Shown here piece after piece: positions 1 to 9,097 of a stretch of DNA of 32,000 bases (position 1 is its first letter; each line of letters starts with the position of its first letter). The notes below the pieces were generated by a model, which did not search any database, had not been told where the DNA came from, and worked only from the letters and a program-made list of their open reading frames with translations. Both the position numbers and the translations under genes were made by a program. This stretch comes from Promethearchaeota archaeon (GTDB lineage Archaea > Asgardarchaeota > Lokiarchaeia > Sigyniarchaeales > Promethearchaeaceae). The DNA is taken from NCBI GenBank assembly GCA_016933055.1, contig JAFGBS010000021.1, positions 60,001-92,000 of the forward strand, written 5' to 3'.

Positions 1-173
1 TGAAGAGCTTTCATTTCGATATCTTTTTTATCGACGCCTGGAAGAACCACACGAACGATAATTTTGTCTTCTTCCATCCACGCAGTAAATCTGGGAGTGA
101 TTTTAGTCAAATTCTCTACTTCATTAACTTGCTTATTTACTAATTCGGTTTTTTCTTTTTCGGTTTCTGACAT
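1..173 (-). CDS. Small heat-shock protein (Hsp20/alpha-crystallin family), 3' part beyond the left window edge
   Basis: Not in the ORF track. My translation from the ATG at 173-171 is MSETEKEKTELVNKQVNEVENLTKITPRFTAWMEEDKIIVRVVLPGVDKKDIEMKAL, open to base 1. The V.LPGV.K.DI.+ segment is the typical start of the alpha-crystallin domain. Confidence 0.7.
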   Translation of the reverse strand, partial: MSETEKEKTELVNKQVNEVENLTKITPRFTAWMEEDKIIVRVVLPGVDKKDIEMKAL

Positions 174-526
174 TGGTATCACTTTTTCCTGTGTTTTATT
201 AGTTAACTTTTAGTTGATAAATAACTGTTAAGAAAAATAGAGTAAAAAACATATTTAAAGATTACGATGTTAGTTAACTAAATGTTTCCTACTAAATCTT
301 ATTATTTAAAAGGTGGAAATCTAAAAACAAGATTTTTTGATAACAATACTTTCAATTGTGATTTTATTGCGTATCGGCTGTCCTATAAGTTAATCTACAT
401 TCTATAATCCATCAAATGATATATTTGTCTTTCAATATTCCTTTAGCATCTTCTTTTGATTCCATCAAATTTTGAATTCTCTTTTATTTACGTCTGAGAA
501 AAAAAATTATAAAATTGATTCAGAAT

Positions 527-829
527 TTAGGATAACTTTGGCTCAGGTTCGGTAGATTTTTTGGATTCCATTTTTGATTCTTGAGTGCTTTTCACAATCC
601 TCACAATAGTGATTATTCCAAACAAGAAAGTTAATCCTCCTCCTATAAGCCCGATGATAAATGATATTATCATCATTGCAAGACCTAAGCTCACAAAAAT
701 AATAAGTAATCCAATATCATCCACTTCTGAAGCACCACTGCGAATTAGGAAATATATTCGAAATGCTATATAGGTAATAAAACCAAATATCAAAGTAAAT
801 ATCCCAGTACCTATCCCGTATTTTTTCAT
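527..829 (-). CDS. Small hypothetical membrane protein (2 TM segments, charged C-tail)
   Basis: 100-aa ORF with two long hydrophobic stretches. A GGTGA ribosome-binding motif lies upstream of the ATG (TTTGGTGAAAAAATAAAT-ATG on the minus strand). Confidence 0.7.
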   Translation of the reverse strand: MKKYGIGTGIFTLIFGFITYIAFRIYFLIRSGASEVDDIGLLIIFVSLGLAMMIISFIIGLIGGGLTFLFGIITIVRIVKSTQESKMESKKSTEPEPKLS

Positions 830-1070
830 ATTTATTTTTTCACCAAATTACATACAGTTGGATGAGTTTAAGTAATTTATGATACCATTTTCCACTCTTG
901 GTGGAATGGTTTAAGACGTGATTTTTTGTCGTAGGACTCCCCTAATTACAAACATGGTAGCAAATGCATCACTATTTAAGATAAAATCCAACAATGCGAA
1001 CGGAGATACAACATAACAAAAAGTTATTCGGTAAAAACTAAAAAATACTATGTGTCGATTTATCCTTTCT

Positions 1071-2441
1071 TCAGTTGATTACCTTAACTTTACGAGCCGC
1101 GGGTACTAATTCTTGCATCCTATACCTATTGGGACCGTAAATTATTGGTTTTATGGCACTTCGACCCATTTTTGCACCGGTTATTAATACCATCAATTGC
1201 ACAAGAAACCAATCAAGGGATAATTTATAATCATAATGTTCCCAAATTCGCAACACAACTTCCCAAAATGCCCAAATAAATAGTACAAAAATGATACACT
1301 GCCATACATTCCAGGTGATTATCCCCGGAGAGGAACTATAATCGACGGACTCCCCCCAGAACCGTGCAAATACGGTGTAAATACGATCTTCTACTCCCGT
1401 ATTAATAGAAAATGCTGTTAACGAAAATAACGAATATCTACGCCAGAATGTAGTACGGCGAGCAGCCCGAACACGTTTCAGTTCATTTCGAGGATAATCT
1501 TGAGTTCGAATAAACAGAACGAATAGAAATTGCATTGTACTCATGCTTACAATGGTTAGAGGAATCGGTACTGTCTCTTCTGCAAAACTAGAAAACCAAT
1601 TTGGATCGATCAACAGCCACCAAATTACAAATCCCATCATACAATAGATGAAAAATGATAATGTAAATCGGAAAATCTTCTTAATTTCCCATTTATGATG
1701 AAGCATAGTTGCATACATACAACCCATTAGACCGTATCCCAATCCAGGTAATAATCGAAATCTTCCCCGAATGAATTTTGTTATCAGAAGCTTAGGGATA
1801 TATAAATTTCTCGCTTCTAACCACACGATCGCGGATTCTCCAAGTTTAATTAGTGTAGGAGTTAAGGCAAACAACATTGTTAAAAGGACACCAAACACAA
1901 TAAGAAGTTGCATTGGTTTTTTTACTCGAATGAGTTTATATACTATCCATATTAACAGAGGAATAATTACACCCATCCACGCAACAGCATCCAAAATGTC
2001 GGCGCTATAACTCACAGAAAGTCTCGGAAATATTGTTTCTCCATCAGTAAAAAATCGAATTCGAAATAATGCATGACCTATTTTGTTTAAGAGAAGTATC
2101 AACGCACCGGTAAGGAACTTATTAAGCAAATATTTTGGAAATTTTTTTGGATCGGTATCTATTAAATGCATGGTTTGCATTGCGACAGTACAAGCAAAAG
2201 CGAAACCAAACATAAAACCCCAAATGGCCATTACGCCGATTGGTAACCCAAAAATCAACAGAACGATCTTCCTCCACCCTACCGTTCGTTCAATGGTAGG
2301 AATGAATAATCCGGCGTCAAAATGAGTAATTTGCTGGACGAACGCATGGATTAAGAACATAAACCACACTCCCCAGCCTTTATATACATCTATCCCAATA
2401 TAACGAGATTTTATCGGTTTTTGTAATGTTTGATAGGTCAT
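1071..2441 (-). CDS. Polytopic membrane protein, DUF1624/heparan-alpha-glucosaminide N-acetyltransferase-like (acyltransferase-3 clan)
   Basis: 456 aa with about 9-10 hydrophobic segments. The N-terminal RYIGIDVYKGWGVWFMFLIH resembles the R...lD..RG.ai..Mi..H signature of this clan. Confidence 0.6.
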   Translation of the reverse strand: MTYQTLQKPIKSRYIGIDVYKGWGVWFMFLIHAFVQQITHFDAGLFIPTIERTVGWRKIVLLIFGLPIGVMAIWGFMFGFAFACTVAMQTMHLIDTDPKKFPKYLLNKFLTGALILLLNKIGHALFRIRFFTDGETIFPRLSVSYSADILDAVAWMGVIIPLLIWIVYKLIRVKKPMQLLIVFGVLLTMLFALTPTLIKLGESAIVWLEARNLYIPKLLITKFIRGRFRLLPGLGYGLMGCMYATMLHHKWEIKKIFRFTLSFFIYCMMGFVIWWLLIDPNWFSSFAEETVPIPLTIVSMSTMQFLFVLFIRTQDYPRNELKRVRAARRTTFWRRYSLFSLTAFSINTGVEDRIYTVFARFWGESVDYSSSPGIITWNVWQCIIFVLFIWAFWEVVLRIWEHYDYKLSLDWFLVQLMVLITGAKMGRSAIKPIIYGPNRYRMQELVPAARKVKVIN

Positions 2442-2576
2442 TAGATTTGGTAGTTCCTTGTAAATTCCAAATTAAAATTAGATTACCGTCATAAAATAAA
2501 AAGTAACCTTATTATATTATTTCTAAAACTCCTTCCAAATGGAGTACTAAATGAGAACTTCACCAATATATGATTC

Positions 2577-4049
2577 TCATGTTGTTTCGTTAGCAATAAG
2601 TTCAAACAGTTCATGTTTTGTATCTGCTTCTTGTGAGTTATCGGGTATGATCCGAATTCGCTTCAAATATTTCTTTTCAGCACGTTTCCATTTGTAATTA
2701 AGATAATGTGCATATACTCCTATCACAAATGCGGATAATTTACCCCGAATTAATCTTGCCAAATTATTCCACCAAGTATAAAATCGCTGATGACCTTGGA
2801 TTTGCATTTCCTGCAATTCAGCAAGGGTGAAATTTTTCGGGCGAAATTTAGCATGATGTGCATCATACTCATTCCAGTTTCTGTCAACTAATCTGTTTTC
2901 TTCCATCATCTTATTATAAAATTGTGTACCGGGTAGTGGAGTTAGTATAAGAAATTGCACCGAATCGATTTTTTTTTTGATGGCAAATTTTACGGTAGCT
3001 TTGCAGGAGTCAATTGTATCCGAATCGAAACCAAACACAAACATTCCATGGATATGAATTCCCGTTTTTCGAATGACTTTTATGGCATATTCAATGGACT
3101 CAGGCGTCTGATGTTTATTCATCTCTATTAAACTCTCCGGATTTACGGATTCAAACCCGATATACAGATATCTGCAACCTGCATTGTGCATTTTGTTCAA
3201 TAATTCTCGATCTTGCGCGAGTTCTACCCGTACTTGAGTAGACCAAGTGAAATTAAACTTATTTTCAATCATCGCATCAAGTAGCTCAATCGTACGCTTC
3301 CGTGAAGCTGTAAAATTGTCATCCACAAAAAATAAGGAATGTATCTCTGGATCATACTGTTTGATCTCCGAAATAATGGATTCTGTTGAGCGATATCGGA
3401 ATCTTCGACCAAACATTTGGGTTACACTGCAAAAACTGCAATCATGAGGGCAACCACGTGAAGTTTGCACAGGAATGGTAATTTTCTTACGTTTTCCCTT
3501 GGTTTTTCTATTTCCCATATCCATCAATGACCAATCTGGTGGGGGATTAGAATCTAAATCCGAGATATGGTTATTTTCTGAGTTTTTGTAAATTTTCTTT
3601 TCACTTTTCCAAAATAATCCTGGAACCTTTGCTATATCATAACTTCCTTGTAATGCTCGAACTAATAATGGTAAGACTTTTTCACCCTCCCCTACAATAA
3701 CATAATCTGCATATTGAATGGCTTCTTCTGGGAGTGCACTAACATGGGGGCCTCCCATAACTACTGGAATGCCTAAACTACGAAAATGAATTGCTAGATT
3801 GTAAGATGGAATTGCAGTAGTTGTTATTGTTGAAATACAGACTAAGTCTGGTTTTAGATTTCTTTTCTTAATTTCTTGAATTGTGAGAAAATAAGCCTTT
3901 GTATGATATCCCAAGTTTCTCATAATGGTAGCAAGCAAGATGCTTCCTAACCGAGGCAATTCAAACCGACTGTATATGTGTAAATGCTCATTTCGTGGCT
4001 CTATGAATACTATTGTACGTATTTTTGTGTTATTAGCAGTTGATTTCAT
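2577..4049 (-). CDS. Cobalamin-binding-domain radical SAM protein (class B/BchE-like)
   Basis: N-terminal B12-binding-type domain (VVMGGPHVS, VIVGEGE), then QTSRGCPHDCSFC (CxxxCxxC), FFVDDNF, GFES and GMFVFG motifs. Confidence 0.9.
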   Translation of the reverse strand: MKSTANNTKIRTIVFIEPRNEHLHIYSRFELPRLGSILLATIMRNLGYHTKAYFLTIQEIKKRNLKPDLVCISTITTTAIPSYNLAIHFRSLGIPVVMGGPHVSALPEEAIQYADYVIVGEGEKVLPLLVRALQGSYDIAKVPGLFWKSEKKIYKNSENNHISDLDSNPPPDWSLMDMGNRKTKGKRKKITIPVQTSRGCPHDCSFCSVTQMFGRRFRYRSTESIISEIKQYDPEIHSLFFVDDNFTASRKRTIELLDAMIENKFNFTWSTQVRVELAQDRELLNKMHNAGCRYLYIGFESVNPESLIEMNKHQTPESIEYAIKVIRKTGIHIHGMFVFGFDSDTIDSCKATVKFAIKKKIDSVQFLILTPLPGTQFYNKMMEENRLVDRNWNEYDAHHAKFRPKNFTLAELQEMQIQGHQRFYTWWNNLARLIRGKLSAFVIGVYAHYLNYKWKRAEKKYLKRIRIIPDNSQEADTKHELFELIANETT

Positions 4050-4087
4050 GTTTCTCCAATCCGATTAGTATGTAGATATAACAACTA

Positions 4088-4114
4088 TGTTAAATCTATA
4101 TTGTAGATTTAACA
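4088..4114. promoter_or_regulatory. Perfect 11-bp inverted repeat TGTTAAATCTA-N5-TAGATTTAACA, putative transcription-factor operator
   Basis: Read directly from the sequence, about 40 bp upstream of the radical SAM start at 4049. An extra 10/11 half-site (TAGATATAACA) lies at 4073-4083, and a related copy lies at 8286-8312. Confidence 0.6.
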
Positions 4115-4429
4115 ATAAAAACCTTTGTCATACCTACAAAGAAAATACTATACGGTCCCTACAGTGAATTGAAAAGAAGAAAATCAATTGTATACCCAAA
4201 TTCTTACTGAGATGGAAGAAAAAAAGACTTAATTCACTCCCATGAACCCAGAGACCGCCAAAACTATACAATAGCCTAACCCAAATACCGAAGATTGAGT
4301 TCAATTGCGTGGGAGTGCTTTAAAACTAATTGATTCGTTTTTATACACCTTTCTAGAAGAAAATCCAGAAACGGAAGAAACTACCAACCGAATTACGTTT
4401 GAATGGGCTTTTAGATATTAATGAATGGA

Positions 4430-5044
4430 TTATTCTTTAGATAATTGATCAATTGCCCCCTCAAGTTGCGTCAGTACTCGATTCAGGCCCTTTTTTAAAA
4501 CCTTCAATTTTTTCTCTTGGTATTCTCTATCATAATCGGTCACTACTTTTTCCATAGCGATTGTTATACTTCTATTCGCAAAATCTAAGAATTTCTGCAT
4601 TATCTCTTCGTCACCAAAATGCCCACTTGCAACGAAAATCGACATAAGTTCTAGATATCTTTGAATAAATTCTACATCCATCTCGAGATTATGACTAAGA
4701 ATCTCATCTATAACGATTCTACCGTTTTCAGTTAGGCTGTAAACCTTTTTCACAGGGCCAAGTGGACTCTTCTTTCTTTCTCCTGTTAGTAATTTCTTAT
4801 TCGTCTCGAGTTTTGAGAGGATCGGATAAATTGTACCCGATTTGGCTTCCCAGCTTCCAGCAAAAAGTTTATCTAAATCTTTAATCATTTCATACCCATA
4901 TTGGCCAACGGGTTCCCCCCCACTGCGAATTTCCCGATATCGGAGGTGTACCATAATTAGAAACTCGATCGGGCTTAAGTTAATTCTCGATTTCTTCCCT
5001 TTTATGGGATTTTTTACCGGAATGGACTTTCCAAGCCAAAACAT
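4430..5044 (-). CDS. PadR-family transcriptional regulator
   Basis: YGYEMIKDL...W..KSGTIYPILSKLE...G...KKVYSLTENG is the PadR winged-helix signature, followed by a helical C-terminal region. Confidence 0.85.
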   Translation of the reverse strand: MFWLGKSIPVKNPIKGKKSRINLSPIEFLIMVHLRYREIRSGGEPVGQYGYEMIKDLDKLFAGSWEAKSGTIYPILSKLETNKKLLTGERKKSPLGPVKKVYSLTENGRIVIDEILSHNLEMDVEFIQRYLELMSIFVASGHFGDEEIMQKFLDFANRSITIAMEKVVTDYDREYQEKKLKVLKKGLNRVLTQLEGAIDQLSKE

Positions 5045-5665
5045 TTATTCAACCCGCCTCTCTCGTTGTTCTAAATTATTAGTTCGCTGTTTTCTGCGTT
5101 TCTGATACTTGAACATTTCGCTATACACCTTTCTCTCTAACCATCGTGCATCTTTGGGTTCATGGTTTAATGGTACTATCATCAAATAAATAATGATATG
5201 CAAGATCAGAGCTGCTGTCCAACAACCAAGTGACCACCAAGCCCAACTAGGAAAGGGACGAGCAGTTAAAAGATTTGCATACCAGTTGATGAAAAATAAA
5301 AATGCATTTCCAATCACATATAAAAAAGTATGTGCTACAATGGATTCCGTCGCAATATAAATGAATCCCCGTCGGAAAATGAAATAGGCGGAACTGTGAA
5401 CTAATAATAGAAAAAGCATTCCACTCAAAGCCCAGGGATACCACTGATATGTAAAATCAATAAAGTAATTCAGCACAAACAATAATATATTTATAAATAC
5501 AAATACTACAAAATGACCGATTAAAACAGTCCTTCGAATAACAATTTCTTTGCTAATATGAGCTATCGAGGTATCATCAAATTCACTTAATCTCTTCGAT
5601 TCTGTGACCTTTTTTGCTTCCTCGTGGGTTCTTCGATGATAGGTATCTTTATTAAAAATCTTCAT
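5045..5665 (-). CDS. Membrane protein with tandem 2TM domains
   Basis: Two H-F/T..F/Y...N..L..lN....W..W....L..H units (HFVVFVFINILLFVLN...WYPW...LLVH and HTFLYVIGNAFLFFIN...WAWW...LILH). Its stop directly abuts the PadR ATG (TAAATG). Confidence 0.75.
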   Translation of the reverse strand: MKIFNKDTYHRRTHEEAKKVTESKRLSEFDDTSIAHISKEIVIRRTVLIGHFVVFVFINILLFVLNYFIDFTYQWYPWALSGMLFLLLVHSSAYFIFRRGFIYIATESIVAHTFLYVIGNAFLFFINWYANLLTARPFPSWAWWSLGCWTAALILHIIIYLMIVPLNHEPKDARWLERKVYSEMFKYQKRRKQRTNNLEQRERRVE

Positions 5666-5956
5666 TGTCTACACACAAGGAAAAACCAAAAACGCATAAA
5701 AACTTGTGCAGTTCAGAAGATTTTAGACTTTCATTCAAGGGTGGATCCAATGTAGACAGAATTTTGGTTTGGGATATAATTCTATAATAGAATATGAAAA
5801 ACTTGAATCTAGGAACATAAATGTAATTAAAGTGAATAATGGACATGGAAGTATAATTATAGTTTGAAAAATTGACCAATTCGATTATATATTTGTCATT
5901 AGAACCAAAGTTTCCAAATTCTCTGATTTTTTCATCTTGAATTAATCAATTGATCA

Positions 5957-5974
5957 GAAATTCTTCAGAATTTC
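5957..5974. promoter_or_regulatory. Palindrome GAAATTCT-TC-AGAATTTC, candidate operator
   Basis: Perfect 8-bp arms, 55 bp upstream of the MFS ATG, in the divergent region between the 2TM-PadR pair and the MFS gene. Confidence 0.35.
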
Positions 5975-6029
5975 AACAACAAAGAACAGCTTTTTATAAT
6001 GTTTTAGACAAGGTGTAACCATTTTAATT

Positions 6030-7439
6030 ATGGTGAAACAAAGTATGGCACTAATTGAAGAACCTTCCAAACCGCGATTTCTCAATATGTTAGGTTACGG
6101 ATTTGCCCAATTATCAGATACGTTAGCCTATCAATCCTTTACGGTATATGTTTTTACTTTTTACTATACGATCGTTAATCTTGACATTAATTATATAACT
6201 CTTGGATTTGTTATTTGGAGTTTTTGGAATAGCTTCAACGATCCTTTAATGGGGTATATCTCCGATAGAACCCACACTAAATGGGGCCGCCGTAGACCAT
6301 ATATTTTGATGTCTATGATTCCTCTTGCGGTGACAATGGTACTACTTTTTACTCCCCCTATAAGCGCAAGTACCCCTATAAAACTGACCTATTTTATTGT
6401 GATTATCTGTATTTTTGAATTATTTTATACAATGTTCAATCTGAATCACACTTGTATGTTTCCCGAAGTCTTTCTTGAACCCGAGAACAGGATCAAGGCA
6501 ATGAATATTAAACAAATCATTGGGATTTTTGCACTGATAATCGCCTTTCTTCTTCCAACTTTTTTTATTAAGGATTTAACAGATCCATCCTATTTTTCGA
6601 TGTATGGGATTGTGGGGATTGTAATAGGAATTATAGTGATTATTGGAATAATATTTTTTCTTTTATGGGCACCGAGGGAAAAAGTTGAATTTAGTCAAGA
6701 TTACAAAAAAGCACCTTCCTTCTGGAAAACTCTATCTATCGCTGTTAAAAATAAATCTTTTATGTGGTTTAATGTTGTAGAAATCTCTAATTGGTATGTA
6801 TTTGGAATCCTACCTACAATTGTCCCATTGTTCGGGAAATTCGTTCTCCATATCGAAGATTCATTTCTATTGGGACTGTTATTGGGTGAAGCATTCATCA
6901 CTGGAGCTTTGTTTATCAATGTGTGGAAAATTATTGTTAAAAAGATCGGTCCGAGAAAAACATGGATGATTTCACAGTTTTGCTGGATTCTATCCCTGGT
7001 TCCCTTATTTTTTATTGTTAATTTTATGCAAGGAGTTATATGTTTTGCCTTTATCGGTATAGGGCTTAGCGGTTCGATGATTAACATTGATTTAGTTCTG
7101 GGGGATATCGTTGATGAAGATGAATATGTAACTGGAAGCCGTTCAGAGGGGGGTTATTGGGGAGTAACTGCGTTTTTCATGAGATTATCCGTTATTTTGG
7201 TATTTTTGTCAATAAGTTTAATTCTTAACAGTGTGGGATGGAAAGTGTTTGAACCTACTACAATAACACCCAAAATTCTGTTAGGTCTTCGCTTATTGAT
7301 GACAGCATTTCCTATGACATTTCTTATAATTGGAATATTAGGAATGTATTTCTACCCCCTTCACGGGAACCGGTTAAAGGAGGTCAGAGATGGATTAAAA
7401 CAACTGCATAGCGAGAAGAAAGCACGGATTACTAGGTAA
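6030..7439 (+). CDS. MFS transporter, glycoside-pentoside-hexuronide (GPH/MelB-like) family
   Basis: About 12 TM segments, with NDPLMGYISDRTHTKWGRRRPY in loop 2-3 and DIVDEDE...G.RSEG.YWG in the C-terminal half. Confidence 0.9.
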   Translation: MVKQSMALIEEPSKPRFLNMLGYGFAQLSDTLAYQSFTVYVFTFYYTIVNLDINYITLGFVIWSFWNSFNDPLMGYISDRTHTKWGRRRPYILMSMIPLAVTMVLLFTPPISASTPIKLTYFIVIICIFELFYTMFNLNHTCMFPEVFLEPENRIKAMNIKQIIGIFALIIAFLLPTFFIKDLTDPSYFSMYGIVGIVIGIIVIIGIIFFLLWAPREKVEFSQDYKKAPSFWKTLSIAVKNKSFMWFNVVEISNWYVFGILPTIVPLFGKFVLHIEDSFLLGLLLGEAFITGALFINVWKIIVKKIGPRKTWMISQFCWILSLVPLFFIVNFMQGVICFAFIGIGLSGSMINIDLVLGDIVDEDEYVTGSRSEGGYWGVTAFFMRLSVILVFLSISLILNSVGWKVFEPTTITPKILLGLRLLMTAFPMTFLIIGILGMYFYPLHGNRLKEVRDGLKQLHSEKKARITR

Positions 7440-7527
7440 ATAAAAAATTAAATTTTACATAAATCCCAATATCGCACTATTGTTTGTAGTACCTTGCGAG
7501 AAATAGGGGTAATCCAATACTAATTGA

Positions 7528-8235
7528 TTACACGGCACGCCACAAGATAAAATAAAATAAGGTTGCACCAATTAAAACGCTAATATGCCAAAGATCATGA
7601 GGTCCAAATTTACCAGGCCATAGTTTCGGTTTTTTCGTGATATAGAAGATTGTACCACCCGAATATGAAAGTCCAGCAATCATAATTAATAAGAAATCTC
7701 CCCAAAACATAGCGGAAAAAATCCTATTAACTACAGCAATGATCATCCATCCTTGCACTAAATAAATTCCTGCAGTTATCCATCGAGGTGTACGTATCTC
7801 TAGTATTGTTAGTAATGAACCTATACTTGCAAAAATCCATTGGGCAATAATTATTCCAAGCCGCCAAGCTCCTGTGAGATAATAATACACGACAGCAGTA
7901 TAAGTACCAGCAATGAGGAAATAGATGGCGATTTTATCTAACATCGTCCAAATATCATGACTATCCTCAGTTGTTCTTTGAGAATGAGTCATTGTGCTTG
8001 AAAAAAATAAAAAGATATTTGAAAATCCATAAATAAAACAGAGAAACATTCCTGTTGGGTCACCTATTGCTCTAATTGCTAGGAGAATTGTTCCAATTAT
8101 GGATAAAATCATTCCAAATAGATGAGAGTAAGCAGAGAAACGCTCCGTAGGCAGCTTAACAAAAGGTTTTAAAAGTTTTGTAAAATACGTTTTCTTTTTT
8201 TTCTCGAGATTTTCTAATTCTTGTGATTGTGACAA
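7528..8235 (-). CDS. Haemolysin III/PAQR-family membrane protein (copy 1)
   Basis: TTG start; ERFSAYSH, SSTMTH, LD.IAIYFLIAGTYT and GPHDLWH motifs (SxxxH and HxxxH metal ligands); 7-TM pattern. Confidence 0.9.
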   Translation of the reverse strand: MSQSQELENLEKKKKTYFTKLLKPFVKLPTERFSAYSHLFGMILSIIGTILLAIRAIGDPTGMFLCFIYGFSNIFLFFSSTMTHSQRTTEDSHDIWTMLDKIAIYFLIAGTYTAVVYYYLTGAWRLGIIIAQWIFASIGSLLTILEIRTPRWITAGIYLVQGWMIIAVVNRIFSAMFWGDFLLIMIAGLSYSGGTIFYITKKPKLWPGKFGPHDLWHISVLIGATLFYFILWRAV

Positions 8236-8285
8236 ACTGGCTCAACTATTTACTATCAAATACGTATAATTACATATAAACTATT

Positions 8286-8312
8286 TGACAAATCTACATA
8301 GTAGATAAAACA
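8286..8312. promoter_or_regulatory. Imperfect palindrome TGACAAATCTA-N5-TAGATAAAACA, second copy of the 4088-4114 motif
   Basis: Matches 4088-4114 at 9/11 in each arm with the same 5-bp spacer. It lies about 50 bp upstream of the haemolysin III copy 1 start, in the divergent region shared with the SnoaL gene. Confidence 0.5.
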
Positions 8313-8413
8313 AGATAAGTAATACATGATTCTAACCAGACAAAATTCTATTATAATTGAATGATCAGCAATCTGCGACATATATAAAAGAAATAACGTC
8401 GATTAAGTAAATA

Positions 8414-8836
8414 TTGAAAAAAAAATTAATCAATAGTGATTTTATGAATGCTGAAAATGAAGTAAAACGCGTATTGGATTTATTGGCTGAAGCTTTTGCA
8501 GATAAAGATATAGAGAAATATAAGATGTTATATGAAGATCATCCAAATTTGGTGATTTATGGGTCTCAAAAAGGTGAAAAATGGACAAATTTAGCGGAAT
8601 ATATAAAATCCGTTTCCAATAACTGGGAACTGGTTGATAACCTAGAACTAACCTACGATTGGCAAAGAATTGATGTAAATCCTAAAGGAACTATTGCATG
8701 GATTGCTACCGATATGTGCTTTACAACAACATCTGGGGGACAAAATATGAAAATTCCCGGTCGTTTCACAGCAGTTCTTGTGAAATCTAATACTAAATGG
8801 CGAATGGTTCAATCCCACTTTTCAATGGAGCATTAA
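8414..8836 (+). CDS. SnoaL-like/NTF2-fold protein
   Basis: 140 aa, TTG start (an ATG at codon 11 is also possible). Motifs AFADKDIE, V.YGS..GEKW, G..AW and GRFTAVL.K....WRMVQSHFS are typical of SnoaL_3. Confidence 0.8.
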   Translation: MKKKLINSDFMNAENEVKRVLDLLAEAFADKDIEKYKMLYEDHPNLVIYGSQKGEKWTNLAEYIKSVSNNWELVDNLELTYDWQRIDVNPKGTIAWIATDMCFTTTSGGQNMKIPGRFTAVLVKSNTKWRMVQSHFSMEH

Positions 8837-9097
8837 TTTTAGAATTTGTGTGCTGGAAATATATGACGTCTCGGTGTGAACTTTTATTCATTCACCATAA
8901 TCCCTGACTATAACTTTATGATAATTCTAGACGCGATTATTTTTTGAATTAGGTAATAGATTCGAAAATAGAAATAAGATTAGTTTTTTTCTAATCCGTC
9001 ATTTTCTTCCATAGGTGAATATTAACCCTAAATTATACATTAATTCTTTAACACGGGATTACTGTTAACTTACACTTCTTAAGGTGATTCAATAGGA

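Noticed and set aside
380-500. Short minus-strand peptide MESKEDAKGILKDKYII followed by an in-frame stop
   Set aside because: Too short and without recognisable homology.
884-910. Bulged hairpin ACCATT-TT-CCAC-tcttg-GTGG-AATGGT
   Set aside because: A single short imperfect stem with no known RNA family features; it could be a terminator or chance.
4141-4429. Protein-like fragments in the gap after PadR (LYTQILTEMEEKK; PPKLYNSLTQIP...EENPETEETTNRITFEWAFRY), vaguely like a decayed GyrI-type domain
   Set aside because: The fragments are in different frames with no start codon, and the resemblance is too weak to call without a tblastn or HMM hit.
5652-5879. 75-aa ORF upstream of the 2TM gene
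   Set aside because: It lies in an AT-rich divergent promoter region, overlaps the 2TM start and has no motif or clear ribosome-binding site.
8978-8996. GATTAG-T7-CTAATC inverted repeat
   Set aside because: The 6-bp arms are expected by chance in AT-rich DNA, and I saw no second copy.
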